A DNA stretch of 64,000 bases, from contig NC_068981.1 in assembly GCF_001194135.2 (NCBI RefSeq), positions 20,469,580 to 20,533,579 of the forward strand, in the 5' to 3' direction. The stretch comes from Octopus bimaculoides. Taxonomy: Eukaryota. Shown piece by piece: positions 52,055-64,000 of the stretch. The position numbers were made by a program, and so were the translations under genes. Below the pieces are notes generated by a model that saw only the letters and a program-made list of their open reading frames with translations, had not been told where the DNA came from and searched no databases. Each line of letters begins with the position of its first letter. Positions within the stretch are counted from its first letter, which is position 1.

Positions 52055-55000
52055 CACATGTAGAAAGATAGATTGTTTGATGCCTGTGTGCAAACAGCTA
52101 TACTGCATGACAGTGAAACATGGGCTATGACAGCTGAGGACATGCACAGGCTTGAAAGAAATGAAGCCAGTATGCTTCACTGGATGTGTAATGCCAGTGT
52201 GCATGTTCGATAGAGTGTAAGCATCTTGAGAGAAAAGTTAGGCATTAGAGGAATCAGATGTGGTGTGCAAGAGAGACGACTGCATTGGTGTGATCATGTG
52301 ATGCATATGAACGAGGACAGTTGTGTAAAGAAGTGCCGATCTCTAACTGTGAAGGGAACCTCTGGTAGAGGTAGACCCAGGAAGACATGGGACAAGGTGG
52401 TGAAGCATGATCTTCAAACTTTAGTGAGGCAAAGTGACTGAGTTCCTTTCAAGCATTGGGCCTGATGGAGGCAAAGTGGCTGAGTTCTTTTTGAGTGTTG
52501 GGCCTCATGGAGGCAAGGTGGCTGAGTTCCTTACTTCATCTTCTGTGGAAGAGCATAGGATCGAAATGTTAAAGACTTTCTCACTTCCTGAGCGTTAAGC
52601 TAATACATCTGTTTGTTGTCTACACCACCTGTCTTTGTCTTTTGTTTTTTTGTAAATTCTCCCTATAAATATGTGTGTGTGTGTGTATCATCATCATCAT
52701 CATTTAACATCTGCTTTCCATGCTGGCATGGGCTGGATGGTTTGACAAAGAACTATTATAATTTTTTACTAAATCACAAACTACACAATGAAAATACAGA
52801 AAAACATATAAAGCAAAAAAATTCAACTCGTGAAATTTAATTTGTATCCATCAGGTTGGCCATCACTGGGGCTTCTTGAGCGCATGTCAGTTCCATTTAT
52901 TGAGTTTCTTCTTGTTTTGATGTTTGGTTCATATTAGTTTTCTTCATTAAAAATTATCTAAAGTTGTTTTTTGAGATTTCTTCTTCATTTCACAATAGAT
53001 TTCATGATAACAAGCATGACCACTCATTAAATTTGCAGCAACAGTTGAGCTTCTTTGAAAATCGGTATCTTACTGTTCAAAGATTTCAATTACTTTTTTA
53101 ATGTGAGGAAATGCTTCATTTAGCTTTTTTGTAGAGAAGCATCTTTCAGGTGATTCTTCATTTTCTTCTTCTTCTTCACATTCAAACTTTTCCATTTCTA
53201 GCAATTTGTGATTTGATCACTGTCAGCATAAAGAGCTTCTTTAACATCTTCAGGTGAAATTTTGAAGTTCAATTCCTTTGCAATGTTTATGATTGAGTCA
53301 GTTTCCTTTTGAAGACTTTCATGAAGATTATCAAATCCTTCAAAATTGTCAATTAATTTGGAGCAGAGATTTTTTTTCAAATTCCTTTCATGTTCTTTAT
53401 GGTAATTTTATCCCATGCTTTCTTTATCAATTTTATTGCATCAAGGATGTCAAAACTCTTCCAAAATTCTTCAATCATAGAACCATTTTCTTTTTCAGTT
53501 ACTTCAATGAGTCTTTCAAAGATGAAACAGAGAGAGTAAGTTTTGAATGATGAAATGGCTCCTTGATCCATAGGTTGTAATAAAGATCTTGTATTGGGAG
53601 GTAAAAAAAACAACATGGTGATGCTTTCAGCATGAGTGGGGGCATTACTCATTATCAAAAGAATTTTGAAAGGAATTTTTTTATCCTTACAATATTTTTC
53701 TACTTCAGGAACAAAGTGATTAGAAAACCAATCTTCAAATAGAGTTCCTGTCATCCAAGCTTTTATTGTTACGCTTCCAGATTACAGGAAGTTTTACCTT
53801 ATCAATTCTTTTTAAAGCACGGGGGTTTTCAGATTGATGAATAACCATGGACTTGAGTTTGCAGTCCCCTTCAAAATTTCCTCCCAGAAGCAATGCTATC
53901 CTATCTTTTGCAGCTTTCACTCCTGGCATTGAAGATTCTTCTCTCACAATAAAAGTTTTTGAGGGCATTCATTTCCAAAGTAGGCCCATCTCATCCACAG
54001 TAAATATTTGAGATGGTATAAAGCCTTCTTCTTCAATCAAATCTAATTGGCGAGGAAAAGTTTCTGCAGCTTTTTGATCTGCACTAGACAATTCTCCTTG
54101 GATCTTCACATTGTGTAGATCTGCTCACTTTCTGAAACGATCAACCCAACCATTGCTCACTACAAACGTTTCATTTGATGTATCTGATTTATCTATAAGC
54201 GAATTAAAAAGGGAAATTGCTTTACTGCAAAATATAGCCTAAGTGACATATGAAGTCTACAAATTTCATTGTTAATCCAAGCTGTCAAAAGTTTTCAGTG
54301 CATGAAATTAAAGTTTCATTATCTTTTCTTCATAACCAATTTAAAGAGTGTCTTCTTTAGCTTTATTTAAATAATCTTCCTTTTGCTTCAAGATGGTACA
54401 AACAGATGAAGGAGCCATATCATATTTTTTTTGATAAATCTTTAACAGTTGCACCTTTTTCATGTTTAATCAATTCATATTTTATTTCTAAAGTAATTGC
54501 TTTATGTTTCTTCTTATCCTTTCTTTGCATCTCAGAATTCTTTCTATTTGAAGATATCACAAGGGTGTTCAAAAAAATAAAAATGCACAAAAATTTTTTA
54601 AAAAGATGGATGGAATGAAGGAAGATAAAATGTAGGCTAGCATGAAGGAAGTCAGACAGGCACTGACACACTTCAGTGGTCATAGGATTGCAGTTTCGAT
54701 TCCCAGACCAGACGTTGTGTGTGTTTATTGAGCGGAAACAGCTAAAGCTCCATGAGGTTCCGGCAGGGGGTGGTGGTGAACCCTGCTGTACTCTTTCGAC
54801 ACAACTTTCTCTCACTCTCTCTTCCTGTTTCTGTTGTACCTGTATTTCAAAGGGCCAGCCTTGTCACACGTTGTGTCACACTGAATCTCCCTGAGAACTA
54901 CATTAAGGGTACATATATCTGTGGAGTGCTCAGCCACTTGTTCATTAATTTCACGAGCAGGATGTTCCATTGATCTGATCAACTGAAACCCATGTTGTCA

Positions 55001-58000
55001 TAACCGACAGAGTGCCATGATGTATATATGTATGTGTGTAAGTATGTATGTATGTATGCATGCATGCATGCATGCATGCATGCATGTATGTATGTATGTA
55101 TGTATGTATGTATGTATGTATGATTGCATGTATGTATGTATTATGCATATGTATGTGTCTATGTTTTCCCTTTGTCTTACTTCTTTTAATATATGGTTAT
55201 GTCAAAGCAGCGAGCTGGCAGAAATGTTAGCATGCTGGGCAAAATGCTTAGCAGTATTTCATCTGTCTTTACATTCTGAGTTCAAATTCTGCCGAGGTCG
55301 ACTTTGCCTGTCATATTTTGGGGGGTCGATAAATTGGGTACCAGTTGCGTACTGGGGTTAATCTAATCGACTGGCCTCCTCCCCAAAAATATCAGGCCTT
55401 GTGCCTAGAGTAGAAAAGAATACATGGCTATGTTTTTAGCAAAAAATATGAGAAATATTATTATTTGTTATACAAAATATGAAAATTTGCAGCCATTTAC
55501 ATGCACATGTAGTCTAACAGTTTGTTCAAATTTTAGCTCATTAGCTGAATATAATTTTCTTCAGACCATTCATATATGCTCTCCCAGCACTGTGATGTGT
55601 GTATTGTCAACTTGTAGATAATTGCTCAAATTTTAAATTGTTAAATGAATGGGCTCCCAGTCATTCATATACATTTAATTCATTCATAGTCTGCTCACTG
55701 CCATACCATATTTGTACCTAATACATTACATTCTTACTATGAAATGTAAATAATACTCACAATAGTTTAGAATGCTTACTCGCATTTCTTCCAGAATATC
55801 AGCAGAACTTCGGAGCAAATGATGATGTGTCTTATTGCCTTAAGGGAAGAAAATAAAAGAAATAAACATTGCTATATCATTATCACAGTTATAATATCTG
55901 TAAATGTTTTAAGTATATTAGTAGAGTTAATGTTAAATTATAATAATTGATCAATGTTTAGTTTTAGTCTCAAGTTTTAAGATTTTCCAAAGATATATTG
56001 AATCACAGCAAATATCCTCAAATCTATCTGAGGAAAATTTTTTAAATAATGTAATTCAAAGGAGAATATATTGGAACGGTTTCTTTTTGCCTTACCTAGA
56101 TCTGAATTCAGAATAGCCAGATAAGCAAGCATTCATCAATTATAAGTGTCCTTTCATGTTACAACAGGATAAGTAAATTTGGTTATCAAAACTATTCTTT
56201 GTTGGTGATACAATATATTGCTGGTGGTTGAATATCAATTATCAAACTTTCAATTAATTAATATTACTGCATTTTATATGTTGAAATAACTGTAGGTTTT
56301 TAGTAGCCTCAGGGCTCAGAAAGGCTTTAGAGCCAATTGTGATATATTTGCATTCAAAAACTGTTTAAAAAAATATACATATTTACCGTTTTGTAAATCT
56401 AAATTAAACTGAGATATGACTAAGACAAAATTTGCTTCATTAAAAATTATCTGAGCAAATTAATCAAAGTTGCTACTTAAAAGAAAAGAGTTAGCAATGG
56501 AATTTTGTTTGCACCAGCAAAGCCAAAATCAAAACAAGAGCTTAGGAAATAGGAATGGATTAAAAAAAACATTTTCAGATTTAATTGTAGATTTTAAAAG
56601 CTTTAACATGACTGTGAGTATTGTCAGAGGTGTTAAGGCATTGTAGGAAATATTATCTAAAGTTTCTTCTACAACAGTGACAACTTCTTATTTAAACAAC
56701 CACAACAAAGATGTGTTGCATAATGCTTTGTCAGGAATGTCTTTCCCCCATTAGGTTTAGTTGGTCTTCAATTTCATGTAAGCATATATCTGATGTCCCA
56801 TTAAATGCAGGTGTGTTGGTGTTGTTTGATACCAGGTTAACTTTGATCCTGAAAATGTATGATCAAAGTCATTCCAGTGATGACCATTCCATCTTTCATT
56901 TAGATATAGTACATTCCTTTTTCAAAATGGTAGATGCAAGCTAAAAGAAATTTGCCTGTTGTTTCAAGCAGGTCATACAGTCCTGAGCCTACATTAGAAA
57001 TTATGTTTTTAGACAAGCCACTTTATTTTCTACATGACTCAGTTCACTTATCAGTTGGCAATAACGATCTGATTACCTGAGAAAAAATACTTTGTGTACT
57101 TCCTCATTCAAGCACTATCCTTTAACTCTTTAGCATTTAGTCCAGTCATATCCAGCCTAAATATTCTACCTGTTTTATGTTCAAAATTACTAGATCCAAC
57201 TTCTTGCACCTACCCTACAATGTCATTGTAAAAATATACAAATACACCATTGAAATCTTGAAGCTACAAGATAAAGTATGACTAATTCAAAACAATGTGA
57301 ATATATAAGCAATTCATTTGACAAAGAAATCTGAATGCCAAAGGGTTAAAATATCTGTTTTGTTATTTAAGAGTCATTTATTTTCATTTAACAATGAGAC
57401 TATAATATTCACTACTTCAGTAAAATCCATACATTTAAACAAATAGATTTTTGAAATAAAATATATTGATTTTTGTCTTAGTTTCCAGAAATATTCTGCC
57501 ATGTTTCCAGTGTGAAAATTGTGAAAGAAAGAAGGGATTAGAATAATGAACAAACTTTGGCTATGATATTTTTCAGGTACTTACCTGGAACTGACTTATG
57601 ATCAAGGTTTTTTAGAAGTTCTTTAAGTTCTGAAAATGAACCATCCAAAACATTTTCAATGTCTTGATGTGTTTCTTCTGTAATATAAAAAAATACCTTT
57701 TATATCATCTTAATATTTATATTAGCTTATCATCATTACTAACCTTCTTGTTACTTATAACTATGCACATGCATTTTTATATAGATAATCCTATCAACCC
57801 AAACTAGTATAAAATATGGATGCTAAATGATGATGATGATGATGATGATGATGTTATCCTCCATTCTCCATTCGTCTTCCACAAACATCTCCCAAAGTTA
57901 ACAAAAATTTCTTCAGCAGTACCAGAGCACCACATGTATCAATGAAAACTCAGTTCCAAATGCCAGGCCCCATAATTTCTAATAATCTCACATGGTAACC

Positions 58001-59722
58001 TAACATATATAACCTTGTCAAAGCTGCATTCTGAAAAAGAAGCTGATTCTAGAAACTGGCACTCTTTCCAGGGGTAGAAAAATGCTTGTTGAGGGTTAAC
58101 TTCGTCCCCGAATCAGTTGCTGACTCTGAACAAGACTCAGGTAAACATATGAGACTGAGCTGTTGCTGCTATGTGCACAAACATTCTAGGGCACATCTCA
58201 AAACAGCTGTCTAGTTGATTGACAATAATTCATTTACCAACACACCAACTATAGATTCACAGACACACTATTTTCTCTTTCTCTCTTTCTCTCTCTCTCT
58301 CCCTCTCTTTCTCTCATAATAATAGATTTTGTTCTTCTGAACTAGAAAACTGCATACCACCTCCCCCAATATACCCAAATAACCAACAAGACAATCTGCT
58401 ACAAGCCACAGATCTGATCCATCGATGAAGTATGATTCTAGCTACATGAAATTATCGCAGTAGATAGCGATATAGCAGATGTGAGAGAGGCTCAGAGAAA
58501 CTGAAGGAAGTGGGAAGAAAGGAACAATATCAGGTAGCTTAGAAAAGTTAAGTGTCAGGTATGCATAGTAAGACGGGATGATTGTCACCAGCGTTGCCTT
58601 ACTGGCACTTGTGCCGGTGGCACGTTAGAAAATTATTTGAGCGAGGTCATTGCCAGTGTCGCTGAACTGGCTCCTGTGCAGGTGGCATGTAAAAAACACC
58701 ATTTTGAGTGTGGCCATTGCCAGTACCGCCTGACTGGCCCTCGTACCGGTGGCACGTAAAAGCACACACTACACTCTCGGAGTGGTTGGCGTTAGGAAGG
58801 GCATCCAGCTGTAGAAACTCTACCAGATCAGATTGGAGCCTGGTGCTGCCATCCGGTTCACCAGTCCTCAGTCAAATTGTCCAATCTGTACTAGCATGGA
58901 AAGCAGACGTTAAACGATGATGATGGGGAAAGTTCAGGGGAAAATTCCCTCTGCTAGCAGGTTTTATAATGGTTTGTATGAAAGGTGGTACAAACATTGA
59001 ATGAGTAGGATGTGTGAAGAGTAGAGAAAAAATGAGGCAACAATGCACTGCTGGATGCATAATGTTAATATGCATGAATGACAGAACACAGGTGAGCTGA
59101 GAAGAAAACTGGCTGTAAGAGAAATCATGTATAGTGTGCTAGAGAGAAGACTGAGCTAGCACAGATATGTGATGTGAATGATGAATGACAGTTGGGTAAA
59201 GATTTAACAAGCAATCCAAGTGAAAGAAACCTGTAGTAGAGGACGACTGTGGAAGATATAGGAAGAGGTAGTGAAAGCTCATCACACAATACTGAACTTC
59301 TCGAAGGAGATGACAAGAGAAAGCAATAGTAGTGTTCAACCCATACAGGCCTAAAGTGACATTAACAATGATGATAACAGTGATGATGGTGGCAATGATG
59401 ACAATGGTGGTGTTGATAAGGATGATGACAACAACAATGACGACAACAATGATGACAACAATGGCAAATATGACAATGATCAAAATGAGGACAATGATGA
59501 TGATGAAGAATTTGATAAAAAGGATATCTGTTAGAAACATTCCACAAATGTGATTCAAATCCCATCACCGCCACACCAAAATAATATCAAAGAAAGTGTA
59601 ACACCAACCAGCAACTTCTGTCTTGTTACTTTCCTGAAATAGAACAAAAAGAAATAAAAGTAAGTAACATGTTTAAAGTAGGGAAAATACTTGATTGCTT
59701 ACGTGTGGAGGTGTTTAAGCAT
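34427..59722 (-). CDS. Gene D: multi-exon secreted protein with helical/Cys-rich N-region, 32-aa glyco-repeat domain and short acidic C-tail
   Basis: Candidate exons, nearly all with phase-1 junctions: 59722-59703 (MLKHLH-T); 59633-59569 ([21 protein letters not shown]); 57677-57585 ([30 protein letters not shown]; strong sites); 55838-55761 ([25 protein letters not shown]); 50208-50155 ([17 protein letters not shown]); 48255/48235-48196 (..[13 protein letters not shown]; junction unresolved); 47694-47641 ([17 protein letters not shown]); 47571-47434 ([16 protein letters not shown]...LQTLIS); 46659-46549 ([11 protein letters not shown]...KMESS); 43152-41764 (repeat exon); 41296-41288 (9-nt micro-exon, tentative); 34479-34427 ([16 protein letters not shown]). 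The gap at 37350-38033 may hide exons. Confidence 0.6.
34629..34836. mobile_element. Tc1/mariner-type MITE with internal tandem duplication
   Basis: Perfect 29-bp TIRs CAGGGTGTCCACAAAGTCTGGGTACATGG, TA at 34627-28 and 34837-38. The interior is two diverged ~85-bp direct copies. Confidence 0.9.
36659..37104. repeat. Local tandem duplication, two ~190-bp copies at ~250-bp period
   Basis: ACATAATAC...AGAATTCTC.CATTAATACAGTAG...ACAGATTTGCATTTCAAACATTTAACATAAT...CAACTATC at 36659-36845 and 36910-37104. Confidence 0.85.
37350..38033. other. Assembly gap (largest of several; others at 11451, 19372, 23128, 26379, 39059, 42583)
   Basis: Run of N. Several of the gaps (11451, 19372, 37350) directly abut (TA)n tracts. 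Confidence 1.
38750..39500 (-). mobile_element. RTE-clade LINE ORF2 C-terminal fragment
   Basis: [43 protein letters not shown] / MLHGNE...[13 protein letters not shown]...[22 protein letters not shown]. Confidence 0.85.
39696..40903. repeat. Long inverted repeat pair (~310-340-bp arms) around a SINE-containing ~555-bp loop
   Basis: 39696-40036 is the reverse complement of 40592-40903. The inner ends are nearly identical (GTAAACCATTGTCTGACAATAAAGAGAACATTAAAAATAAT). Confidence 0.85.
40060..40436 (-). mobile_element. tRNA-derived SINE (family D)
   Basis: Head GGCGCAATGGCCCAGTGGTTAGGGCAGCGGAC...GTTTCGATTCCCAGACCGG; second copy at ~54640-55020 (+). Confidence 0.85.
41764..43152 (-). CDS. Large repeat-encoding exon of gene D
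   Basis: Open frame over ~1.39 kb, apart from a 10-N gap. Acceptor ATAATTTTACAATTTCAG| at 43152, donor GAT G|GTATAA at 41764, both phase 1. Glu-rich coiled-coil-like start, 32-aa repeats, ends [12 protein letters not shown]. Confidence 0.9.
42040..42900. repeat. Coding minisatellite: 96-bp unit, 8 copies plus a degenerate one
   Basis: Period measured 42089->42185 = 96 bp. Unit SNATL(P/S)AG(P/S)[11 protein letters not shown](NA/PV)EEPNLG(V/G)VEE. Confidence 0.95.
43240..43420. repeat. Degenerate ~21-bp minisatellite just outside the repeat-exon acceptor
   Basis: Recurrent ATAGACTGTGAATTTCT-like units. Confidence 0.65.
50441..50671 (-). mobile_element. SINE (family C) with 23-bp TSD
   Basis: TTGTCTACCATTGTACAGATTCT at 50418-50440 and 50672-50694. 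Confidence 0.9.
51740..52020 (+). mobile_element. Diverged family-A (RTE-tail) element
   Basis: GTGGTTGGTATTAGGAAGGGCATCCAGC core duplicated; GTTAAACGATGATGAT tail. Confidence 0.7.
52080..52440 (+). mobile_element. RTE LINE ORF2 C-terminal fragment
   Basis: [13 protein letters not shown]...[37 protein letters not shown]...[13 protein letters not shown]. Confidence 0.85.
52843..54540 (-). mobile_element. Tigger/pogo (DDE_1) transposase relic
   Basis: [15 protein letters not shown] (HTH), [71 protein letters not shown]. Several frameshifts and stops; TIRs not identified. Confidence 0.9.
54640..55020 (+). mobile_element. tRNA-derived SINE (family D)
   Basis: Colinear with the reverse complement of 40060-40436. 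Confidence 0.8.
55203..55420 (+). mobile_element. Family-C-related SINE with degenerate 15-bp TSD
   Basis: GCGAGCTGGCAGAAATGTTAGC head. AATATATGGTTATGT (55188) vs AATACATGGCTATGT (55419). Confidence 0.75.
58570..58925 (+). mobile_element. Family-A (RTE-tail) element
   Basis: Three GCCAG..GCC..ACTGGC..GTG subrepeats, core and (GAT)n tail. Confidence 0.85.
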
Positions 59723-61499
59723 GCTAGAGAACTAGATTTAGGAGAAGTTTTACTTTAATCATTGTTAGTTTCACAGATAATAAACAGTAAACTATCAGGT
59801 GTTATTTCTACACATGTCAACCAATATCTTACAATCTATTCTTAAAACAATAACAAAATTGGGAAAACTAAATGTGTTCTCATTCCTGATTGAAGTCAGC
59901 TGTTGCAACTTTCTGACTGAATCAGTGCATTATTTCCTGCAAAAGATTGATCTGAAACCCAAACAATCAAAAAAAAGCCACCGAGGAGACAGGTATGGCA
60001 GCTGAAACCAATTCAAGACAGCTATGGCTAACTTCAGGTGGAACCTCTCCATAGATGAAGACTTATTCAGTCCTCATTACCCTACTCAGGCAAAGCATAT
60101 AGCTTAAGGGGAGAAAACAGTTGCAACCCTGGGATACCTGCTGATATGGAAGGGTTTCTGATGGTGCAATGGATTCAGAAGGGCTTGCAAAACCTCTGAG
60201 TAGCTCCTGTGGGGGTAATGCATCTTAGATGTTTATTTAACCAGTATATTCAAAGAAGTATACCTGTTATTGTTCTTAACAACAGCACTTTTCCTGTGTC
60301 AATATAGTGTTAATGTATTACTTTATATTTATTAGCCTTTTCTCCTTTTTTTTTTGGTGGGGGGAGTTTAGTCAGAAGAGAAGATAGTAACCATGACTCA
60401 TTACAGGGACGATAGGAGGAAGATATTCTCAAACCAGAAACTGGTCGAAGTGCTTGACATAAAGTGAACTCTGCTAAAAGCATCCAGAGTGCCAAGTGAT
60501 AATGTTAAATTGTGTAATAGGTTAAGTCTATCACCCAAGACATTAATTTCTTTAGGGGTTTATTTTTGTTAATTATAAAAAACTGTAGATGGCTTATGAA
60601 CTGGGAAAACATACAATGAGAGATCCAAGCAGAGCAACACAGATGGAAGAAGTGAGATGTGGACCACAAACAGGATTATGTTGAAACATATACCTCCTTT
60701 GGTTACATTCCATGACAGTATCTTGGTCATCGTATGAACTTTTCAGACAACCCTCATATGTTGACAGTTAAAGCAAGTATTAATTAATTCTGTGGAGGAG
60801 TGTATCAACTGCAGGACTATATTAACTATAAAGGGAATGATAACTGAGATAAACTTTTACACACACACACATACATACATACATACATACATACATACAT
60901 ACATACATGCATACACACACACACATACATACATACATACATACATACATACATACACGCATACACACACACATACATACATACATACATACATACATAC
61001 AAGAATACCCTATTGCTGATGCTAAAAGGAGCCTTGGATTTAGGTTAGAAACCAGCTCTTTCTCTATTGGCAAGAAATCTTGAAATAAAACTGAATTATG
61101 ACATACATACATACATATATACATGCATATATACATTCATACATACATATGGTTGTGTGGTTAAGACATTTGCAGCCTAGCCAAATGATTTTGGTGTTCA
61201 GTTCCACTGTGTAACATCTTGGGTAAGTGTCTTCTACCTTTTAGTGTAGCCCTGGACTAATCAAGGTTTTGTGAGTAAACTTGATAGATGAAAGAAGAAA
61301 CCTTTCTTATGTGTGTGTGAGTGTACATGGATGTGTGTCTCCTTGTCATGACATCATATGATATTTGTAAATGAACATCACCATTATACAAGCAGTGTTC
61401 TTCTTGGAAAACATGTTCAACCATGTATAAATATTACTTTTTGGAAGCAGGTGAGGTTTCATGACAGGAGGGGCACTTGTTTTATTTATTCTAATTTGA

Positions 61500-61840
61500 T
61501 TGTTACCAGTGTCGCCTTACTGGCACTTGTGCCGGTGGCATGTGAACAAAACATTCAAGTGAGGCCGTTGCCAGTGCCGCTGGACTGATTCCTGTGCAGG
61601 TGGCACGTAAAAACACCATTTGAACATGGCTGTTGCCAGTATCGCCAGACTGGCCCTCATGCCGGTGGCACGTAAAAGCACCCACTACACTCTCGGAGTG
61701 GTTGGTGTTAGGCAGGGCATCCAGCTGTAGAAACTCTGCCAGATCAGATTGGAGCCTGGTGCAGCCATCTGGCTCACTAGTCCTCAGTCAAATCGTCTAA
61801 CCCATGCTAGCATGGAAAGCGGACGTTAAATGATGATGAT
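61500..61840 (+). mobile_element. Family-A (RTE-tail) element
   Basis: Same structure as 58570-58925. Confidence 0.85.
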
Positions 61841-63871
61841 ATTCTTTATTCTTTGAGAAGGAACCTAACTTCAAACTACTTTTTACAGATCACTTTTTAC
61901 ACATTGTTTTCTAAACCTGAGAATAGTAAGTAGAGGAGCAAATTTTGATTTTATACTCCCCCAAAATTCTAGGAGGTGCACTTGCATCTCCCACACACTC
62001 TGTTCCTGGGGATATGATCTGCAAGATTTGAACTCAGCACATAAAGAGCCAGAGGAGATGCCACTAAACATTTTGTCCAACATACTAACAATTCTGCTAA
62101 ATGACTTGCCTTAAGAAAGACATGATCATAGAAAATTAGTGTCAATCAATTCTACCTGGCTCATGAAAGCATGGAAAAGCAAACATTAAAGATACAATGA
62201 TGATGGCAATTATGATAATGATATGTATATGTGCGTGTGTGCGTTTGTGTAAAAAATGTGTATATATGTGTGTGTTTCTAATATACATGCATATTCATGT
62301 TTTTATGTGTATGTACAAACACACACTCACATGCAAGTGTATTCATAAGCAGACACATATATTTAACCTGATGTTGTACGTGGGCTTTATATCACCAGTA
62401 ATACAATAGTGTCCTCTGTCAATTGTGAGATTAAACAGAACAACTCAGCACATATTTATTCTACGTGAACAGTGACAATTCTTGTGCAGACAGGCAGCAC
62501 CAACACCTTGGCAACATATTTTAAAAAGATAAATAGAATAATAATCTTTCCCAACAAAACATAAAATTTCAGACACCATTCATTTTTAAAAGTTGAATTT
62601 AAAAAATCTCTAACCAGTTTGACTAAATGAGAACAGTGTAAACCAGTAAACGTGGTATGCATGACTGCTCTGCAAAAAAATAGGAGTAGGAGGTTGCAAA
62701 TAATTGAGTTGTTTGTTCAGTTAAGGCTAATGGTTGCCAGTGTAAGAAATATGTATAGTTATTAGTATGAGCAGTACAGTGTAAGGGAATGTCAGGTATT
62801 ATTCACATACAAAACTGTGGCAACTAACTATTGAAATGCTGTTCTCAATATGGTATCTAAGAACAGGTTTGTCAGGTTTCTTGAGGTGAGTGCCTTTATA
62901 GAACTATTTAAATAATGGGACATGTCAACCTGAACTAAAATTATTAATGGTGGTAGAAGCAGAAAGAAACTACGGCTGTGAAAAGTAGTGCAAAAGAAAT
63001 GACCAAACTAGGAAATTTATATTTAGTGTAGACTCTCTAAGATATCTCATGTAGATCCATACATGTTCTATTTTTAAACTATAATATTCACAGATCCACA
63101 TATACCATAGGTCTATATCTACATCTGCATACCTTAATACTATATCTGTGATATGCATACCTTAATACTGTGCCTATGATATTCACAGTACACATCTGGG
63201 ACACACACTGTTCCAGATATGAGAACAGTACTCAATCATAGGTCTAAGAAAAGGATCATTAACTTCTTTCTATAATGACCTACTCTGGTTATTCTTATGT
63301 TTGCCCATGGCCCATAGATATTTCATATTGTCATATGCTAGACATAGAATAACCCTGCATTACTCTCCTTTCCCTCATTAGCAATGCATACTGATGTAAA
63401 AATTAAAGAAATTGTGATACAAAGGACCATCTAAAAAACATCAACTGTTCAATGGCTCACAAGTACATTAAATTAGTCCAACCCATGCTAGCATGGAAGT
63501 GGACATTGAATAATAATGATGATAATGGTAGTCTACATGCAGACTAATGTGGATTTAGATTGTTTGCAGGTATAGTAGCAGCTCAGTCTCAGACATGGGA
63601 GCTGTATTGTTGTATGGATATAAGATGTAAGTTTAGAAGCACTGTCTTAGATATGTCAGTAGTGTTCTAATATGAATCTAGGATGTTTCAGTATGTAATA
63701 ATAGAACAGTCCTGGAGATATGAACACAACCCTAATGAAGGTCTAAGATGTTTATATGGGTGCTTTGTAACAGCATTACTCCAGATATGTGAGCAATATT
63801 ATAATGTAGGTCTAAAATATTTGTATCGGTGTGTGTATTTGGGTATCGTAGTTGTTAGCAGTAGTCTAGGT

Positions 63872-64000
63872 CAGGGGTTTTCAAACTTTTTGACTTGCGG
63901 ACCCCTTTATATTTCAGGCTTTACCTTATAAACGCTTATGAAATTTATACATAAATATTTGCTTAAAATAACATATATTTTTGCATTTATTTATTTAACA
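63872..64000 (+). mobile_element. Left end of a probable hAT (Charlie-like) element running off the window
   Basis: CAGGGGTTTTCAAACTTTTT terminus preceded by GTCTAGGT, close to the NTCTAGAN Charlie target consensus. Confidence 0.5.

Noticed and set aside
56095-56250. Strong minus-strand donor CTAG|GTAAGG with a short [12 protein letters not shown] frame
   Set aside because: No open upstream acceptor-bounded frame; could be an alternative first exon but unsupported.
58140-58215. CAAAACAGCTGTC resembling a hammerhead GAAACAGCUGUC half-core
   Set aside because: No intact CUGANGA and no stem I pairing; at most a decayed relic.
59362-59574. His/Cys-rich ORF ([17 protein letters not shown]...) suggesting a metallothionein-like peptide
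   Set aside because: It is the reading of a decayed (GAT/GAC)n microsatellite, is out of frame with the gene D signal-peptide exon, and lies after that exon's phase-1 donor.
1526-61136. Numerous ORFs rich in YI/HT/CV/MYVC/ER repeats
   Set aside because: Translations of (TA)n, (CA)n, (CATA)n and (GA)n microsatellites or N-runs.
62851-62892. Plus-strand ATG...GAG|GTGAGT (MVSKNRFVRFLE) as the first exon of a gene divergent from gene D
   Set aside because: Single short candidate with no downstream exon identifiable inside the window.

Overview
AT-rich eukaryotic scaffold window with several N-gaps and very dense (TA)n/(CA)n/(CATA)n/(GAT)n microsatellites. The repeat repertoire suggests an octopus (coleoid cephalopod) genome; this is an inference. 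Most ORFs in the supplied track are microsatellite or transposon artefacts. Reading splice sites by hand gives four spliced genes, each with a signal-peptide-like N-terminus, none assignable to a gene symbol. Gene A (-, 8006->1120) is a ~260-aa Cys-containing secreted orphan. Gene B (+, 15282->17472) and gene C (+, ~31097->32494) are clear paralogues encoding 2xIg-domain single-pass membrane proteins with 10-12 aa basic tails. Gene D (-, 59722->34427) is a multi-exon secreted protein with a large exon of 32-aa N-glycosylation-rich acidic tandem repeats, followed by KRR and a short acidic tail. Introns and intergenic DNA hold a Gypsy integrase/3' end, a probable solo LTR, a DD36E Tc1-type transposase, Merlin and Tigger/pogo transposase relics, Penelope GIY-YIG fragments, a minimal Penelope-type hammerhead ribozyme, Helitron-like elements, RTE LINE fragments, several SINE families and multiple foldback/MITE elements. 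No CRISPR array, rRNA or bona fide tRNA gene is seen. All exon models are manual and need RNA-seq confirmation.
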